From assembly GCA_965204735.1 (NCBI GenBank), contig OZ242008.1, positions 1,440,001 to 1,504,000 of the forward strand: a DNA stretch of 64,000 bases, read 5' to 3'. Both the position numbers and the translations under genes were made by a program. Source of the DNA: Longimicrobiales bacterium (lineage in GTDB: Bacteria > Gemmatimonadota > Gemmatimonadetes > Longimicrobiales > Gaopeijiaceae). Below, piece by piece: positions 20,601 to 27,450 of the stretch (positions are counted from its first letter, which is position 1; each line of letters begins with the position of its first letter). The notes beneath the pieces are model-generated. The model saw only the letters and a list, made by a program, of their open reading frames with translations. It was not told the DNA's origin and made no database searches.

Positions 20601-21933
20601 GGCGACGCTGTCGTTCACGATCGAGGTCGTGGCGGCCGAGCAGACCGCGCGCAGGCTGGACGAGGTCAACCGCGCCGTCCTGCCCGAGGTCGCGCGCACT
20701 TGGGCCGACGTGGCGTCGAACGCGGTGGCCGGCCGCGTCGCCCAGGCGGGCCATGCCGGAACCGGGGCAGGCGCCTGGGGACACGGCGAGCGCCGGGAGC
20801 TCTCGGGCGCGCGCGGCCAAGGCAGCCCCGTCGATTGGTCGGGCGAGGTCGCCGTCTTCGGGGCGGGCGCGGACGTGGGCTTGGGCGCCGCCGTCACCCT
20901 GGGCGTGGCCGTCACCCGGCTCGAAAGCGTCTTCGACTACGCCCACCACGACGAAGGGCGCACCGTCGGCGGTCGCCACGAAACCAGCCTCGCCGGCGTT
21001 CACCCCTACTTGGGCTGGTCGGGCGCCGGGGGCTCCCATGCGTGGACCACGGCCGGCTGGGCCACGAGCGACGTGGTCGTTCGCGACGACGAGGTCGGGC
21101 CGCAGACGGCCGCCGGGCGCGCCCAGATGCTGGCCGCTGGGGCCAGCGTGCGCCTCTTCGCCGGCTCGGGCGGCGGGACCGTGAACGCGAAAGGCGACGG
21201 GCATGTCGCCCGGTTCCAGCTCGACGGCGACGGCGACCGGCTCTCGGCCCTGGAGGTCGGCGTCCACCGCCTGCGCTTCGCCTTCGAGGCCGGCCGCTCG
21301 TTCCGGCTCGGCGGCAACGGCACGCTCAAGCCCTCGGTGGCCCTCGGCGTCCGCCAAGACGGCGGCGACGGCCGCATCGGCGCCGGGCTGGAGGCCGGAG
21401 GCGGCCTGACCCTCTCCGCCTGGAACTCGCGACTGCAAGTGGAGGCCGCCGGGCGAACGCTGCTCGCCCACGGCGGCGGGTTGGCCGAGTGGGGAGCCGG
21501 CGGTTCGCTCCGCGTCGCGCCCGGCGCCGACGGCCGCGGCCTCTCCCTCTCGGTGGCGCCGGAATGGGGCGTCCCGGCGAGCGGGATTGGGCAGCTCTGG
21601 CAGCAGGGCGTGGCGCAGCGCCCCGTCTTCGGCCATCCGCAACCACCCGGCCCGACCCCAGCTGGAAAACCGGGCCCGGCCCAGCCGCAGCACGCCGTCC
21701 CCGGCTCCCGGCTCCGCACCGAGATGGCTTACGGCCTCGGGGCGACGGTCGCCGGCACGGAGGCCTGGTTGGTGACGCCCTTCGCCGCCCTCGGCCCCGA
21801 CCTGGGCGGCGGGGGAACGGCTTGGCGCTTCGGCGCGCGCCTGCGGACGCCCACGGCCGTGGGGCTGGCCGTCGGCCTGGAAGCCGCCTACCCCGGATCC
21901 GGTCTCCGCCTGGACCTGGAACTCAATCGGTAG
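8662..21933 (+). CDS. Giant Calx-beta repeat surface adhesin with Ig-like domain and autotransporter-type beta-barrel (4423 aa)
   Basis: Signal peptide (..GVAA/QES); about 33 Calx-beta-like domains (GDDLDEPNETV..TGTITDDD); LPPGLVFD..VAGTP He_PIG-like domain; C-terminal amphipathic strands with GVRQDGGD. Confidence 0.92.
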   Translation: MSILLPGRRDRWALARTPGLVAALAALLVGPGGVAAQESLPTLSISSPSVAEGAADSTAALTFQVTLSAASSRSVTVAYGDARTGTATVTRDYAAFSTVILRFAPGDTVKNFDVTVKGDSLHEPSETVVATLSSPTNATIATGTGTGTITDDDAAPTATLILSPSTVREGVLWATVRAQLDGRSAAATTITVSAAAGANADSTDFELSSNRTLTIAAEQIASRGNVRITALDNGVDEPNKQVTVSGTVSNSIGGFSNPADATLTIQDDEATPKVKLVLSRSTIDESGADNSAVVTATMSPPSVQSTTITVAVAAGGGTDSTDFTASANKTLTIAAGDTTSTGAVTVTAVDNDVDEPNKVVRVSATATNTQGVTNPDAATLTIADDDAASTLSISSPSVAEGAADSTATLTFQVKLSAPSEHRVTVKISDARTGTATLAQDYEVFSDRILTFAAGDTLASFGVTVRGDTLDEPNETVVAQLSQATNATIATGTGTGTITDDDAAPTVTLTVGRGSIWEGAPGITWTTVRAALSAASSAATTVTVSAAAGMNADSTDFALSANKTLTIAAGQTRSTEDVRINAVDNAVDDPNRQVTLSGTVSNSIGGYSNPADVTVTIQDDEATPKVKLVLSRSTVAESGASNSTTVTATMSPASVQETTITVAVAAGADADSTDFTVSANKTLTIAAGDTVSTGVVSVTAVDNDLNEPNKSLTVTATATNTQGATNPDAVALTIADDDGQPSLSISSPSVAEGAAGTTVALTFQVKLSAPSGQRVTVKVADARTGTATHSADYSIFSDAVLSFAAGDTLKSFDVTVVGDDLDEPNETVVAQLSQATNATIATGTGTGTITDDDAAPMVTLTVGRGSIWEGAPGITWTTVRAALSAATSVATTVTVSAAAGMNADSTDFALSANKTLTIAAGQTASTEDVRINAVDNAVDDPNRQVTLSGTVSNSIGGYSNPADVTVTIQDDEATPKVKLVLSRSTIDESGANNSTTVTATMSPPSVQSTTVTVSVAAGADADSTDFTVSANKTLTIAAGDTTSTGAVTVTAVDNDLNEPNKALTVSATAANTQGATNPDAVALTIADDDGQPSLSISSPSVAEGAADSTATLTFQVRLSAPSGQRVTVKIADAQTGTATRAADYSIFSDAVLRFVAGDTLKSFDVTVRGDDLDEPNETVVAQLSQATNATIATGTGTGTITDDDAAPTVTLTLGRGSIWEGAPGITWTTVRAALSAASSAATTVTVSAAAGMNADSTDFALSANKTLTIAAGQTASTEDVRINAVDNAVDDPNRQVTLSGTVSNSIGGYSNPADVTVTIQDDEATPKVKLVLSRSTVAESGATNSTTVTATMSPASVQSTTITVAVAAGADTDSSDFTVSANKTLTIAAGDTTSTGVVSVTAVDNDLNEPNKALTVSATATNTQGATNPDALTLTIADDDGQPSLSISSPSVAEGAADSTATLTFQVRLSAPSGQRVTVKVADARTGTATHSADYSIFSDAVLRFVAGDTLKSFDVTVRGDDLDEPNETVVAQLSQATNATIATGTGTGTITDDDAAPTVTLTVGRGSIWEGAPGITWTTVRAGLSAATSAATTVTVSAAAGMNADSTDFALSANKTLTIAAGQTRSTEDVRINAVDNAVDDPNRQVTLSGTVSNSIGGYSNPADVTVTIQDDEATPKVKLVLSRSTIDESGATNSATVTATMSPPSVQSTTITVAVAAGADADSSDFTVSANKTLTIAAGDTTSTGVVSVTAVDNDLNEPNKSLTVTATATNTQGVTNPDNLTLTIADDDSQPSLSISSPSVAEGAADSTATLTFRVRLSAPSGQRVTVKVADARTGTATHSADYSIFSDAVLSFAAGDTLKSFDVTVVGDDLDEPNETVVAQLSQATNATIATATGTGTITDDDAAPTVTLTVGRGSIWEGAPGITWTTVRAGLSAVSSAATTVTVSAAAGMNADSTDFALSANKTLTIAAGQTASTEDVRINAVDNAVDDPNRQVTLSGTVSNSIGGYSNPADVTVTIQDDEATPKVKLVLSRSTVAESGATNSATVTATMSPPSVQSTTVTVAVAAGADTDSSDFTVSANKTLTIAAGDTTSTGVVSVTAVDNDLNEPNKALTVSATATNTQGVTNPDNLTLTIADDDGQPSLSISSPSVAEGAADSTATLTFQVRLSAPSGQRVTVKIADAQTGTATRAADYSIFSDAVLRFAAGDTLKSFDVTVRGDDLDEPNETVVAQLSQATNATIATGTGTGTITDDDAAPTVTLTVGRGSIWEGAPGITWTTVRAALSAVSSAATTVTVSAAAGTNADSTDFALSANKTLTIAAGQTASTEDVRINAVDNAVDDPNRQVTLSGTVSNSIGGYSNPADVTVTIQDDEATPKVKLVLSRSTIDESGANNSTTVTATMSPPSVQSTTITVAVAAGADADSADFTVSANKTLTIAAGDTTSTGVVSVTAVDNDLNEPNKALTVSATATNTQGVTNPDNLTLTIADDDGQPSLSISSPSVAEGAADSTATLTFQVRLSAPSGQRVTVKIADARTGTATHSADYSIFSDAVLRFVAGDTLKSFDVTVRGDDLDEPNETVVAQLSQATNATIATATGTGTITDDDAAPTVTLTVGRSTIREGGTGFTYTTVRADLSERSGAATTVTVSAAPGTNADSTDFTVSANKTLTIAAGDTASTGTVELRAVNDAVDGPDKQVTVSGTVSNSIGGYSNPADVTVTIQDDEATPKVQLVLSRTSIGESGASNSAVVTATMSPPSVQSTTITVAVAAGAGADSADFTLSANKTLTIAAGDTTSTGVVSVTAVDNDLDEPNKALTVSATATNTQGATNPDAVTLTIADDDGQPSLLISSPSVAEGAADSTATLTFRVRLSAPSGQRVTVRIADARTGTATFSTDYATFSDATLSFAAGDTVTTFDVTVNGDDLDEPNETVVAQLSQATNATIATGTGTGTITDDDAAPTVMLSLGRSTIREGGIGFTYTTVRADLSERSGAATTVTVSAAPGTNADSTDFTLSANKTLTIAAGQTASTEDVRINAVDNALDGPNKQVTVSGAVSNSIGGYSNPADVTVTIQDDEATPKVKLVLSRTSIAESGASNSAVVTATMSPPSVQETTITVAVAAGADADSADFTVSANKTLTIAAGDTTSTGAVTVTAVDNNLDEPNKALTVSATATNTQGVTNPDNLTLTIVDDDGTSSSTLIARSTRVAEGGSGATAVLRFMVRLVPASTARVTVNYADAGSGTATPGADYEALAGGTLTFEAGDTLATINVTVVGDEVQEGDETVVLTLSGATNAQLAAPTITGTIVDDDALPPPSLHVDSPKMQEGDDGFATMPYTVTLLPASAEEVRVDYADARAGTATSGTDYTLQPGTLVFQPGDTVRTIPVQVAGDNAKEPDETVVVVLSNARGALLTTVEATGTILDDEVTFIAVDAPSAEEGDARHGSNDDAPATLVFTVSLAPAGYQEVSVAYADAGTGTATPGVDYEAPSPDTLSFAPGETRKTVEVTLIGDDLDESDETVVLQLSRPTNAEIEGNGRGTGTIVDDDGAPTLSIDSPTVEEGGPGETAALRFAVRLNAPTTKQVAVDYADAGTGTATPDADYQAVAPGTLVFAPGDTVKAVEATVHGDALDEPAETILLALTNPVHAELAEDGATGVATIADDDAAPFLSIDSPTVQEGGPGESAVVSFTVSLGAPSAKRVKVDYADAGTGTATPDADYQAVAPGTLVFAPGDTVKAVGATVHGDALDEPAETIVLALTNPVHAELAEDGATGVATIADDDDAPSLSVDSPTVVEGDDGRRPLTFSFTLDRPSGRRVVMEYADAGTGTATPGADYEEVPPGALSFEPGETLKTIDVMVLGDARHEPDETVVLRLSTPDPAVANLTTEEGVGAIGNDDANLIPTFGDALVPPQRWMEGRGIDPLRLPPAQGGDGPLSYALAPALPPGLVFDPESRTVAGTPGAGQPVTAYRYAATDQDGDSATLSFTIEVVAAEQTARRLDEVNRAVLPEVARTWADVASNAVAGRVAQAGHAGTGAGAWGHGERRELSGARGQGSPVDWSGEVAVFGAGADVGLGAAVTLGVAVTRLESVFDYAHHDEGRTVGGRHETSLAGVHPYLGWSGAGGSHAWTTAGWATSDVVVRDDEVGPQTAAGRAQMLAAGASVRLFAGSGGGTVNAKGDGHVARFQLDGDGDRLSALEVGVHRLRFAFEAGRSFRLGGNGTLKPSVALGVRQDGGDGRIGAGLEAGGGLTLSAWNSRLQVEAAGRTLLAHGGGLAEWGAGGSLRVAPGADGRGLSLSVAPEWGVPASGIGQLWQQGVAQRPVFGHPQPPGPTPAGKPGPAQPQHAVPGSRLRTEMAYGLGATVAGTEAWLVTPFAALGPDLGGGGTAWRFGARLRTPTAVGLAVGLEAAYPGSGLRLDLELNR
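8791..18245 (+). repeat. Nine tandem ~1053-bp (351-aa, three-domain) intragenic units
   Basis: Unit starts near 8791, 9835, 10888, 11941, 12994, 14047, 15100, 16153, 17206. Confidence 0.9.
19315..20035 (+). repeat. 351-bp tandem duplication of a single Calx-beta domain
   Basis: DYADAGTGTATPDADYQAVAPGTLVFAPGDTVKAV...LAEDGATGVATIADDD occurs twice, nearly identical at DNA level. Confidence 0.85.
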
Positions 21934-21985
21934 GCGGGTCGTCCAACGCCAGTGCCGAACCCGGCGCGTGCGAGCCGTCAGCGAC

Positions 21986-22129
21986 GTGCTCCTGACGACG
22001 AACGAACGCCATGTTGCCGAAGACCGCCCGGATTGCTATTGGTTGTACGCTGTGACCGACCGCCCTACCGAGCCGAAGTTGCAGGAGCCCCGACGCAGGA
22101 GCCGACGGATGACGATGGAGTTGACGTAG
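21986..22129 (+). pseudogene. Remnant of a DUF3883-type C-terminus of an SNF2 helicase
   Basis: Manual translation VLLTTNERHVAEDRPDCYWLYAVTDRPTEPKLQEP resembles DUF3883 (LTxNE...YWLYVV); rest of the gene absent. Confidence 0.6.
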
Positions 22130-22174
22130 TAAGTGACCGGCGACGCCAAGGACGGCCCGGCCCGGACGAGCAAC

Positions 22175-23314
22175 ATGCGCTTCCGACGCCTTCGCCTGAA
22201 GAACTGGAAGAACTTTCGCGAAGTGGACATCGCAGTACACGACCGGATGTTCTTGGTGGGCGCCAACGGCTCGGGGAAGTCGAACCTTCTCGACGCCTTC
22301 CGGTTTCTCCGGGACCTGGCTCTGCCCGGGGGCCTGAATGCCGCGGTTGCCCGCCGCAAGGGCGTGGATGCGATCCGCTGTCTGGCTGCCCCCAAGGATG
22401 CGGAGGTCGGCATCGAGGTCGAGGCAGAAACCGAGGGCGGTGGATCGCGATGGCGTTACGCGCTTTCGTTTGGCCAAGATGTCCAAAGTCGGCCCTGCGT
22501 ACACGCCGAGCACGTATCGCGGGACGGTCGCGCCGTCCTCGATCGACCGGACTCCGACGACCGCAGCAATCCCGCATTCGCGCAGCAGACTCACCTTGAA
22601 CAAGTCAGCAGGAGCGCAGCGTTTCACTGTTTGCAGGAGTTGTTCGCGTCCATTCGGCACGCCGACCTGGTGCCGCAAGTCGTTCGCGAGCCCGACGGCG
22701 CCGTGGGCAACTTCCATCACCGTTACGGTGGCCGCTTTGTGCAAGATATTGCTCGCACGCCGGCGGACGAGCGCGACTTCATCTTGAATCGGATCGAAAA
22801 GGCCCTGCGCATTGCAATACCCTACTTCGGGTCACTGGGATTGGTTGCCGACAGCACGGGAGTGCCTCACCTTGTTGCGAGAAGCGCTCACTGGCGGGAG
22901 GCCGACGCCTTGCAAGCGGAAGATCAGTTTTCCGACGGTACGTTGCGGCTGATTGGACTGTTATGGGCCGCGATGAAATCTTCTGGACCTTTGCTTGTGG
23001 AGGAACCGGAACTGTTTCTTCATCCTGACGTTGTTCGCATGCTTGCCCAGGCCATGGACAGTGCCCAACGTGGATCAAGAAGACAGATCTTCATGAGCAC
23101 GCACTCGCCCAACTTGATGTGGGACGAGGAGATCAGCCTTGAGGAAACGTTGCTGCTGCTGACGGACGGCGGGGTTGTCCAGGCCGTTGCGGCCGACTCG
23201 GTGGAACAGGTTTGTCTGCTGGTTGAAGGCGGTTCTTCCGTTGCAGAGGCGGCCATCCCGCGCACCCAGCCCCTTGGAACTTGGCGCTTGGCCCTGTTCG
23301 CAGATGGCGACTAG
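22175..23314 (+). CDS. ABC/SMC-like ATPase (AAA_21/AAA_15 type)
   Basis: LKNWKNF, Walker A GANGSGKS, signature FSDGT, Walker B LLVEEPE, H-loop STHSP. Confidence 0.9.
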   Translation: MRFRRLRLKNWKNFREVDIAVHDRMFLVGANGSGKSNLLDAFRFLRDLALPGGLNAAVARRKGVDAIRCLAAPKDAEVGIEVEAETEGGGSRWRYALSFGQDVQSRPCVHAEHVSRDGRAVLDRPDSDDRSNPAFAQQTHLEQVSRSAAFHCLQELFASIRHADLVPQVVREPDGAVGNFHHRYGGRFVQDIARTPADERDFILNRIEKALRIAIPYFGSLGLVADSTGVPHLVARSAHWREADALQAEDQFSDGTLRLIGLLWAAMKSSGPLLVEEPELFLHPDVVRMLAQAMDSAQRGSRRQIFMSTHSPNLMWDEEISLEETLLLLTDGGVVQAVAADSVEQVCLLVEGGSSVAEAAIPRTQPLGTWRLALFADGD

Positions 23315-23939
23315 TCCGGCATTCCGTCCCGTCGTCACGGCGGCGGTGGAGGGATTGACCGACGAGGCGGTCGCCGAACGTCTGATCAATCACGCCGGCG
23401 GGAAGCTGGGCAACGTGCATGGAAGAAGGGGAAAGGGATTTCTACGACGCCAGATCGACGGCTACGGGCAAGCGGCCCGCCGGTCCCCATGGCTGGTGCT
23501 GGTTGATCTCGACATGGACGCAGAATGCCCGGTCGGGCTGGTTCGCATTTGGCTAGAGAAGCCCGGCAACACCTTTCTGTGCTTTCGAGTCGCAGTGCGA
23601 GAGGTGGAGTCTTGGTTGCTGGCCGACAGGGAGACGCTGGCCGCCTATCTGCGTGTACGGTCGGGACGGATACCCAGCAACCCGGAGCGTCTGGAGGATC
23701 CCAAGAGAGTCATGATCGACGTGGCGTCCCGCTCGACCAGTCGGGCCATTCGCGAGGACATGGGTCGAGGTCGAGAAAAGGGCCGCCGGAGGGGGAACCG
23801 CTCGTATGCCCGTCGACTGGCCCAGTACGTCCACCTTGCTTGGCGGCCGGACGTCGCGGCGCAACACTCGGAGAGCTTGGCCAGGACTGTCGGTTGCCTC
23901 CAGCGGGTGGTGAGGGAGTATGCCGAGGCTGTGTCGTGA
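23304..23939 (+). CDS. TOPRIM-like protein (DUF4276-like), partner of the ATPase
   Basis: AVEGLTD, VDLD, REVESWLLAD motifs; overlaps the ATPase stop. Confidence 0.75.
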   Translation: MATSPAFRPVVTAAVEGLTDEAVAERLINHAGGKLGNVHGRRGKGFLRRQIDGYGQAARRSPWLVLVDLDMDAECPVGLVRIWLEKPGNTFLCFRVAVREVESWLLADRETLAAYLRVRSGRIPSNPERLEDPKRVMIDVASRSTSRAIREDMGRGREKGRRRGNRSYARRLAQYVHLAWRPDVAAQHSESLARTVGCLQRVVREYAEAVS

Positions 23940-23996
23940 TTCCCCGACACGCTTCCCTCCCAGATATTCCATATTGGTGGACATGGGCGAGCAGTA

Positions 23997-24586
23997 TCAC
24001 CCAACCCATGGACTGATCCTTTCCCAGAATCGCCCCTTCGACATGGCGCCTACCACGTCGATCCCCTTGGATCGGAGCGCGAGGATCGTCGCCATGATCG
24101 TGCGGAAGAGGTAGTGGCGGCTCATTGAGATCGCCGTCTCGCGGCCGTCCCGGTAGACGTGAACGACCCGGGCGTCGGGAAACGCCCGCAACAGCTGGAC
24201 GCCGTAGAGCAGCGACGCCCCGGAGCGCTCCACCCACACGTCGCGCTCCATCCGACCGCAAAGCCACTCGAAGAGGTCGCGGAAGTGGGCCGCCGGCGAC
24301 TGGCGGGGCTTGGATCGAACGACTGGACCCAGCTCGTCGAAGAGCGCGTCGGGATCGGCGGTCAGGTGCGGAAGGGCACCGCACAGGATCGGCGGCAGAT
24401 CGCCGCGGCCGAAGCGAGCGCCCGGGGCGCCCAGCGGACAAACCATCTCCGGGTAGTCCTCCCGCAGCATGAGGCGTGTTCGCTTCCGCTGGTGCGCGTA
24501 CCACCCCCACATATGCTCGCCGGTCGCCCAGCGGCGGCGCAGCGCCCCCGTCCCCACGTTGCTGAAGAACTCCGACAAGCTCAGGC
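23997..24586 (-). pseudogene. Sulfotransferase fragment
   Basis: WVERSG...FPDARVVHVYRDGRETAISMSRH (3'-PAPS-binding region); N-terminal GRxGST loop and start absent. Confidence 0.65.
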
Positions 24587-24589
24587 TGC

Positions 24590-25489
24590 TTGAACGCCGT
24601 CCGCTCCCCCGAATCGGAGATGCCGGCGACCAAGGGAGGGCCTGGACCAGCCGGTTGGCGATCACCGCCGACTCGTGGTTGGGCGCGGGTTCGCACGCGA
24701 CGGCGACGTCGCGGAAGCGGATCGTGGCATCCTCGTCGCCTTTTGAAGAGGAGCTCGTCCGGCGTGCCCACCAGCCACGAGGCGTAGCGCCAGATCTGCA
24801 TGAAGGCGACCCGGGCCTCCAGGTCCAGCTTGGCGCCGAGGCGTCGGGCCTCCTGGAGCATCGACGCCGAGAAGTTGGCCGACGAAAGGCCCAGGTGCGC
24901 CGCGCTCAACGGCGTGCCGAAGACCGTCGCGTCCCACTCCCCGTAGCGACGCAGGAGCCGTCGCACTTGCGCGTGCACCAGACGGATGCGCACGGACAGC
25001 TTCCAGCCGTCGTTGTCGCGTCCCAGCGCGCCGGGCAGCATGATCTCGATGAAGTGGCGCGTGTTCTGCCGAATCCGCCGCAGGCCGTGCTCGGTCCTGA
25101 CTCGCCCGGTCGCGTAGAACGCCTTGCTGATCATCGTGGCCGCGTTGCGCAGCGTGACCAGGAAGAACGAGGGGATGAACAAGTCCGAGTCGCATGGAAT
25201 GCACGGCACCCGGCGTGAACCGACTCGGGGTCCCACCAGGCCGGAGGCGTCTCTACTATCCGCTCGAAGAACTCCCGCAGCCCCGCCGGCGCGTCGGCGA
25301 ACGCCTTCTCGTCCCGGTCCATGCCCGCTTGGATCAGCCGATGGGACGACTTGACGCCGATCAGGGACGCCCCGCCGCGTCGGCGAGCGGATCGCCCACG
25401 GACACGTGCCTGGCGTACTCGTCGGCCAGCTCGGGCGCCCACTGCCGGGCCTTGGCGCAACCCTCCTCGTAGGCGGACGGAACGTTCAT
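24590..25489 (-). pseudogene. Frameshifted MpaB/rubber-oxygenase-like (DUF2236) gene
   Basis: Pieces in different frames: MNVPSAY..GDPLADAA; ..PPAWWDP..GCRAFH; GWKLSVRIRLVHAQVRR..GTPLS..IWRYASWLVG. Confidence 0.7.
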
Positions 25490-25693
25490 TCTGGATGGTC
25501 GCTCCAGCGGTCGCCGCACGTCAAGGGCGCGCAACCGGCCCGAGGAAGGGTTGTCGGGGCGACAGCGCCGCCTCAAGTTCACATGGACGCGGGAGGCGTC
25601 GAAGAGCTTGTGTGGTCCCGCCGGCCGTTCCCGCGTCCACGCCGCATCGGGCCAACGTCGGGAACCGGTCGCCAAGCCAAAAGGGGGGACACA

Positions 25694-26692
25694 GTGACCG
25701 AATTCAGAAGATGGGAAAACGAACCCGAGTCGGATTGGGGCATCGACGATCTCGACACCGAGGAGATTGTTCGCACTGTCGAGAAGGCGATCGACCTCGG
25801 TCGATTGGAAGACCCGGACACGCGAGACCCGCTCGTGTTGCTACGCGGCCTCGGCCTAACAAAGGAGGACGCACTGTTGCGTGCAGCAGTCGTGCTGTTC
25901 GGCAAGAAGGATCGCCTGTCGGCAGAGTATACGCAGTGCACCGTCAGGGCGGCCAGGTTCGCAGGGACGGAGAAGTCGGATTTCCTGGACAACCGGCAGT
26001 TTCATGGCAATGCATTTGAGCTGCTGGTCAGCAGTCAGCGTTTTGTTCGGGAACACCTCCGCATCGCTGGTCGGTTCGAGCCGGACAACTTCTTGCGAAT
26101 CGACGAGCCGTCGTATCCGCCGCTTGCTGTGCGCGAAGCGCTGGCGAATGCAATCTGTCACCGGGACTACTCGGCCGGCGGCGGTGCCATACACGTCGCG
26201 ATGTACGACGATCGCTTGGAGATATCGTCTCCCGGCGCTCTGCCGATTGGAATCACGCCGGCATCGTTGTTTGCGCCTCATGACTCGACACCGTGGAACC
26301 CTCTCATCGCGCACGTCTTTTTTCGTCGCGGCGTGATGGAGAAGTTGGGGCAGGGTACGCTGAAGATGCTCCAGCTCGCGACCGACGCGGGGCTGCCCAA
26401 GCCCCAGATCGAAAACGAACATGGGTCCGTGACCGTCCGCTTTCGACGGAGCGGTCATATTCCTCGCTACGTTCACGTCACGCTGTCCAGGCGACACCGA
26501 GCCATTCTGGTGCTGCTTTCTGCACAAGGACCGCTGGCCCTCGGGGAGATTGCGGAGATGATGCCCGATGACGCAAGGAAGACACAGAAGAAGCAGAGGC
26601 TGCAAAAGGAGTTGCAGGAGCTGCGGACGTTTCGCTTGATCGAGTGCTGGGGGCATGGGCTTGGCGCGCGCTGGGAGCGCACGTACTACTAA
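25694..26692 (+). CDS. ATP-binding protein, RecG-C/HATPase_c_4 plus C-terminal HTH, lacking the usual N-terminal AlbA_2 domain
   Basis: YPPLAVREALANAICHRDY, DRLEISSPGAL, PWNPLIA, EKLGQG; AAGGGGG RBS before GTG. Confidence 0.8.
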   Translation: MTEFRRWENEPESDWGIDDLDTEEIVRTVEKAIDLGRLEDPDTRDPLVLLRGLGLTKEDALLRAAVVLFGKKDRLSAEYTQCTVRAARFAGTEKSDFLDNRQFHGNAFELLVSSQRFVREHLRIAGRFEPDNFLRIDEPSYPPLAVREALANAICHRDYSAGGGAIHVAMYDDRLEISSPGALPIGITPASLFAPHDSTPWNPLIAHVFFRRGVMEKLGQGTLKMLQLATDAGLPKPQIENEHGSVTVRFRRSGHIPRYVHVTLSRRHRAILVLLSAQGPLALGEIAEMMPDDARKTQKKQRLQKELQELRTFRLIECWGHGLGARWERTYY

Positions 26693-27385
26693 AGTGGCCG
26701 GCGCCGCCAAGGATGGCCCGGCCCGGACGAGCAAGATGCGGAGGTCGGCATCGAGGTCGAGGTAGAAGCCGAGGACGGCGGATCGCGATGGCGTTACGCG
26801 CTTTCGGTTGGCCAAGATGCCCAAAGTCGGCCCTGCGTACGCGCCGAGCACGTATCGCGGGACGGTCGCGCCGTCCTCGATCGACCGGACTCCGACGACC
26901 GCAGCAATCCCGCATTCGCGCAGCAGACCCACCTTGAACAAGTCAGCAGGAGCGCAGCGTTTCACTGTTGCAGGAGCTGTTCGCGTCCATTCGGCACGCC
27001 GACCTGGTGCCGCAAGTCGTTCGCGAGCCCGACGGCACCGTGGGCAGCTCTACCACCGTTACGGTGGCCGCTTTGTGCAAGATATTGCTCGCACGCCGGC
27101 GGACGAACGCGACTTCATCTTGAATCGGATCGAAAAAGCCCTGCGCATCGCAGTACCCTACTTCGAGTCGCTGGGATTGGTCGCATGCTTGCCCAGGCCA
27201 TGGACAGTGCCCAACGTGGATCAAGAAGACAGCTCTTCATGAGCACGCACTCGCCCAACTTGATGTGGGACGAGGAGATCAGCCTTGAGGAAACGCTGCT
27301 GCTGCTGACGGACGGCAAGGCCGTTGCGGCCGATTCGGTGGAGCAGGTTTGTTTGCTGGTTGAAGGCGGTTCTTCGATTACATAG
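26691..27385 (+). pseudogene. Degenerate second copy of the ABC ATPase gene
   Basis: Colinear with 22131-23238 but with two large internal deletions and frameshifts. Confidence 0.9.
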
Positions 27386-27450
27386 TCGATATGGGCGAGC
27401 AATATCGACTGAAGCCTCAATGGTAGCCCGAGTTCGGCGCCCCGGCCCCG

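Noticed and set aside
8671..21693. Very long antisense and alternate-frame ORFs over the adhesin
   Set aside because: Arg/Gly-rich shadow ORFs expected from GC-rich repetitive coding DNA
22131..27385. Diversity-generating retroelement template/variable repeat pair
   Set aside because: Differences between ATPase copies are not adenine-specific, include large deletions, and no reverse transcriptase is present
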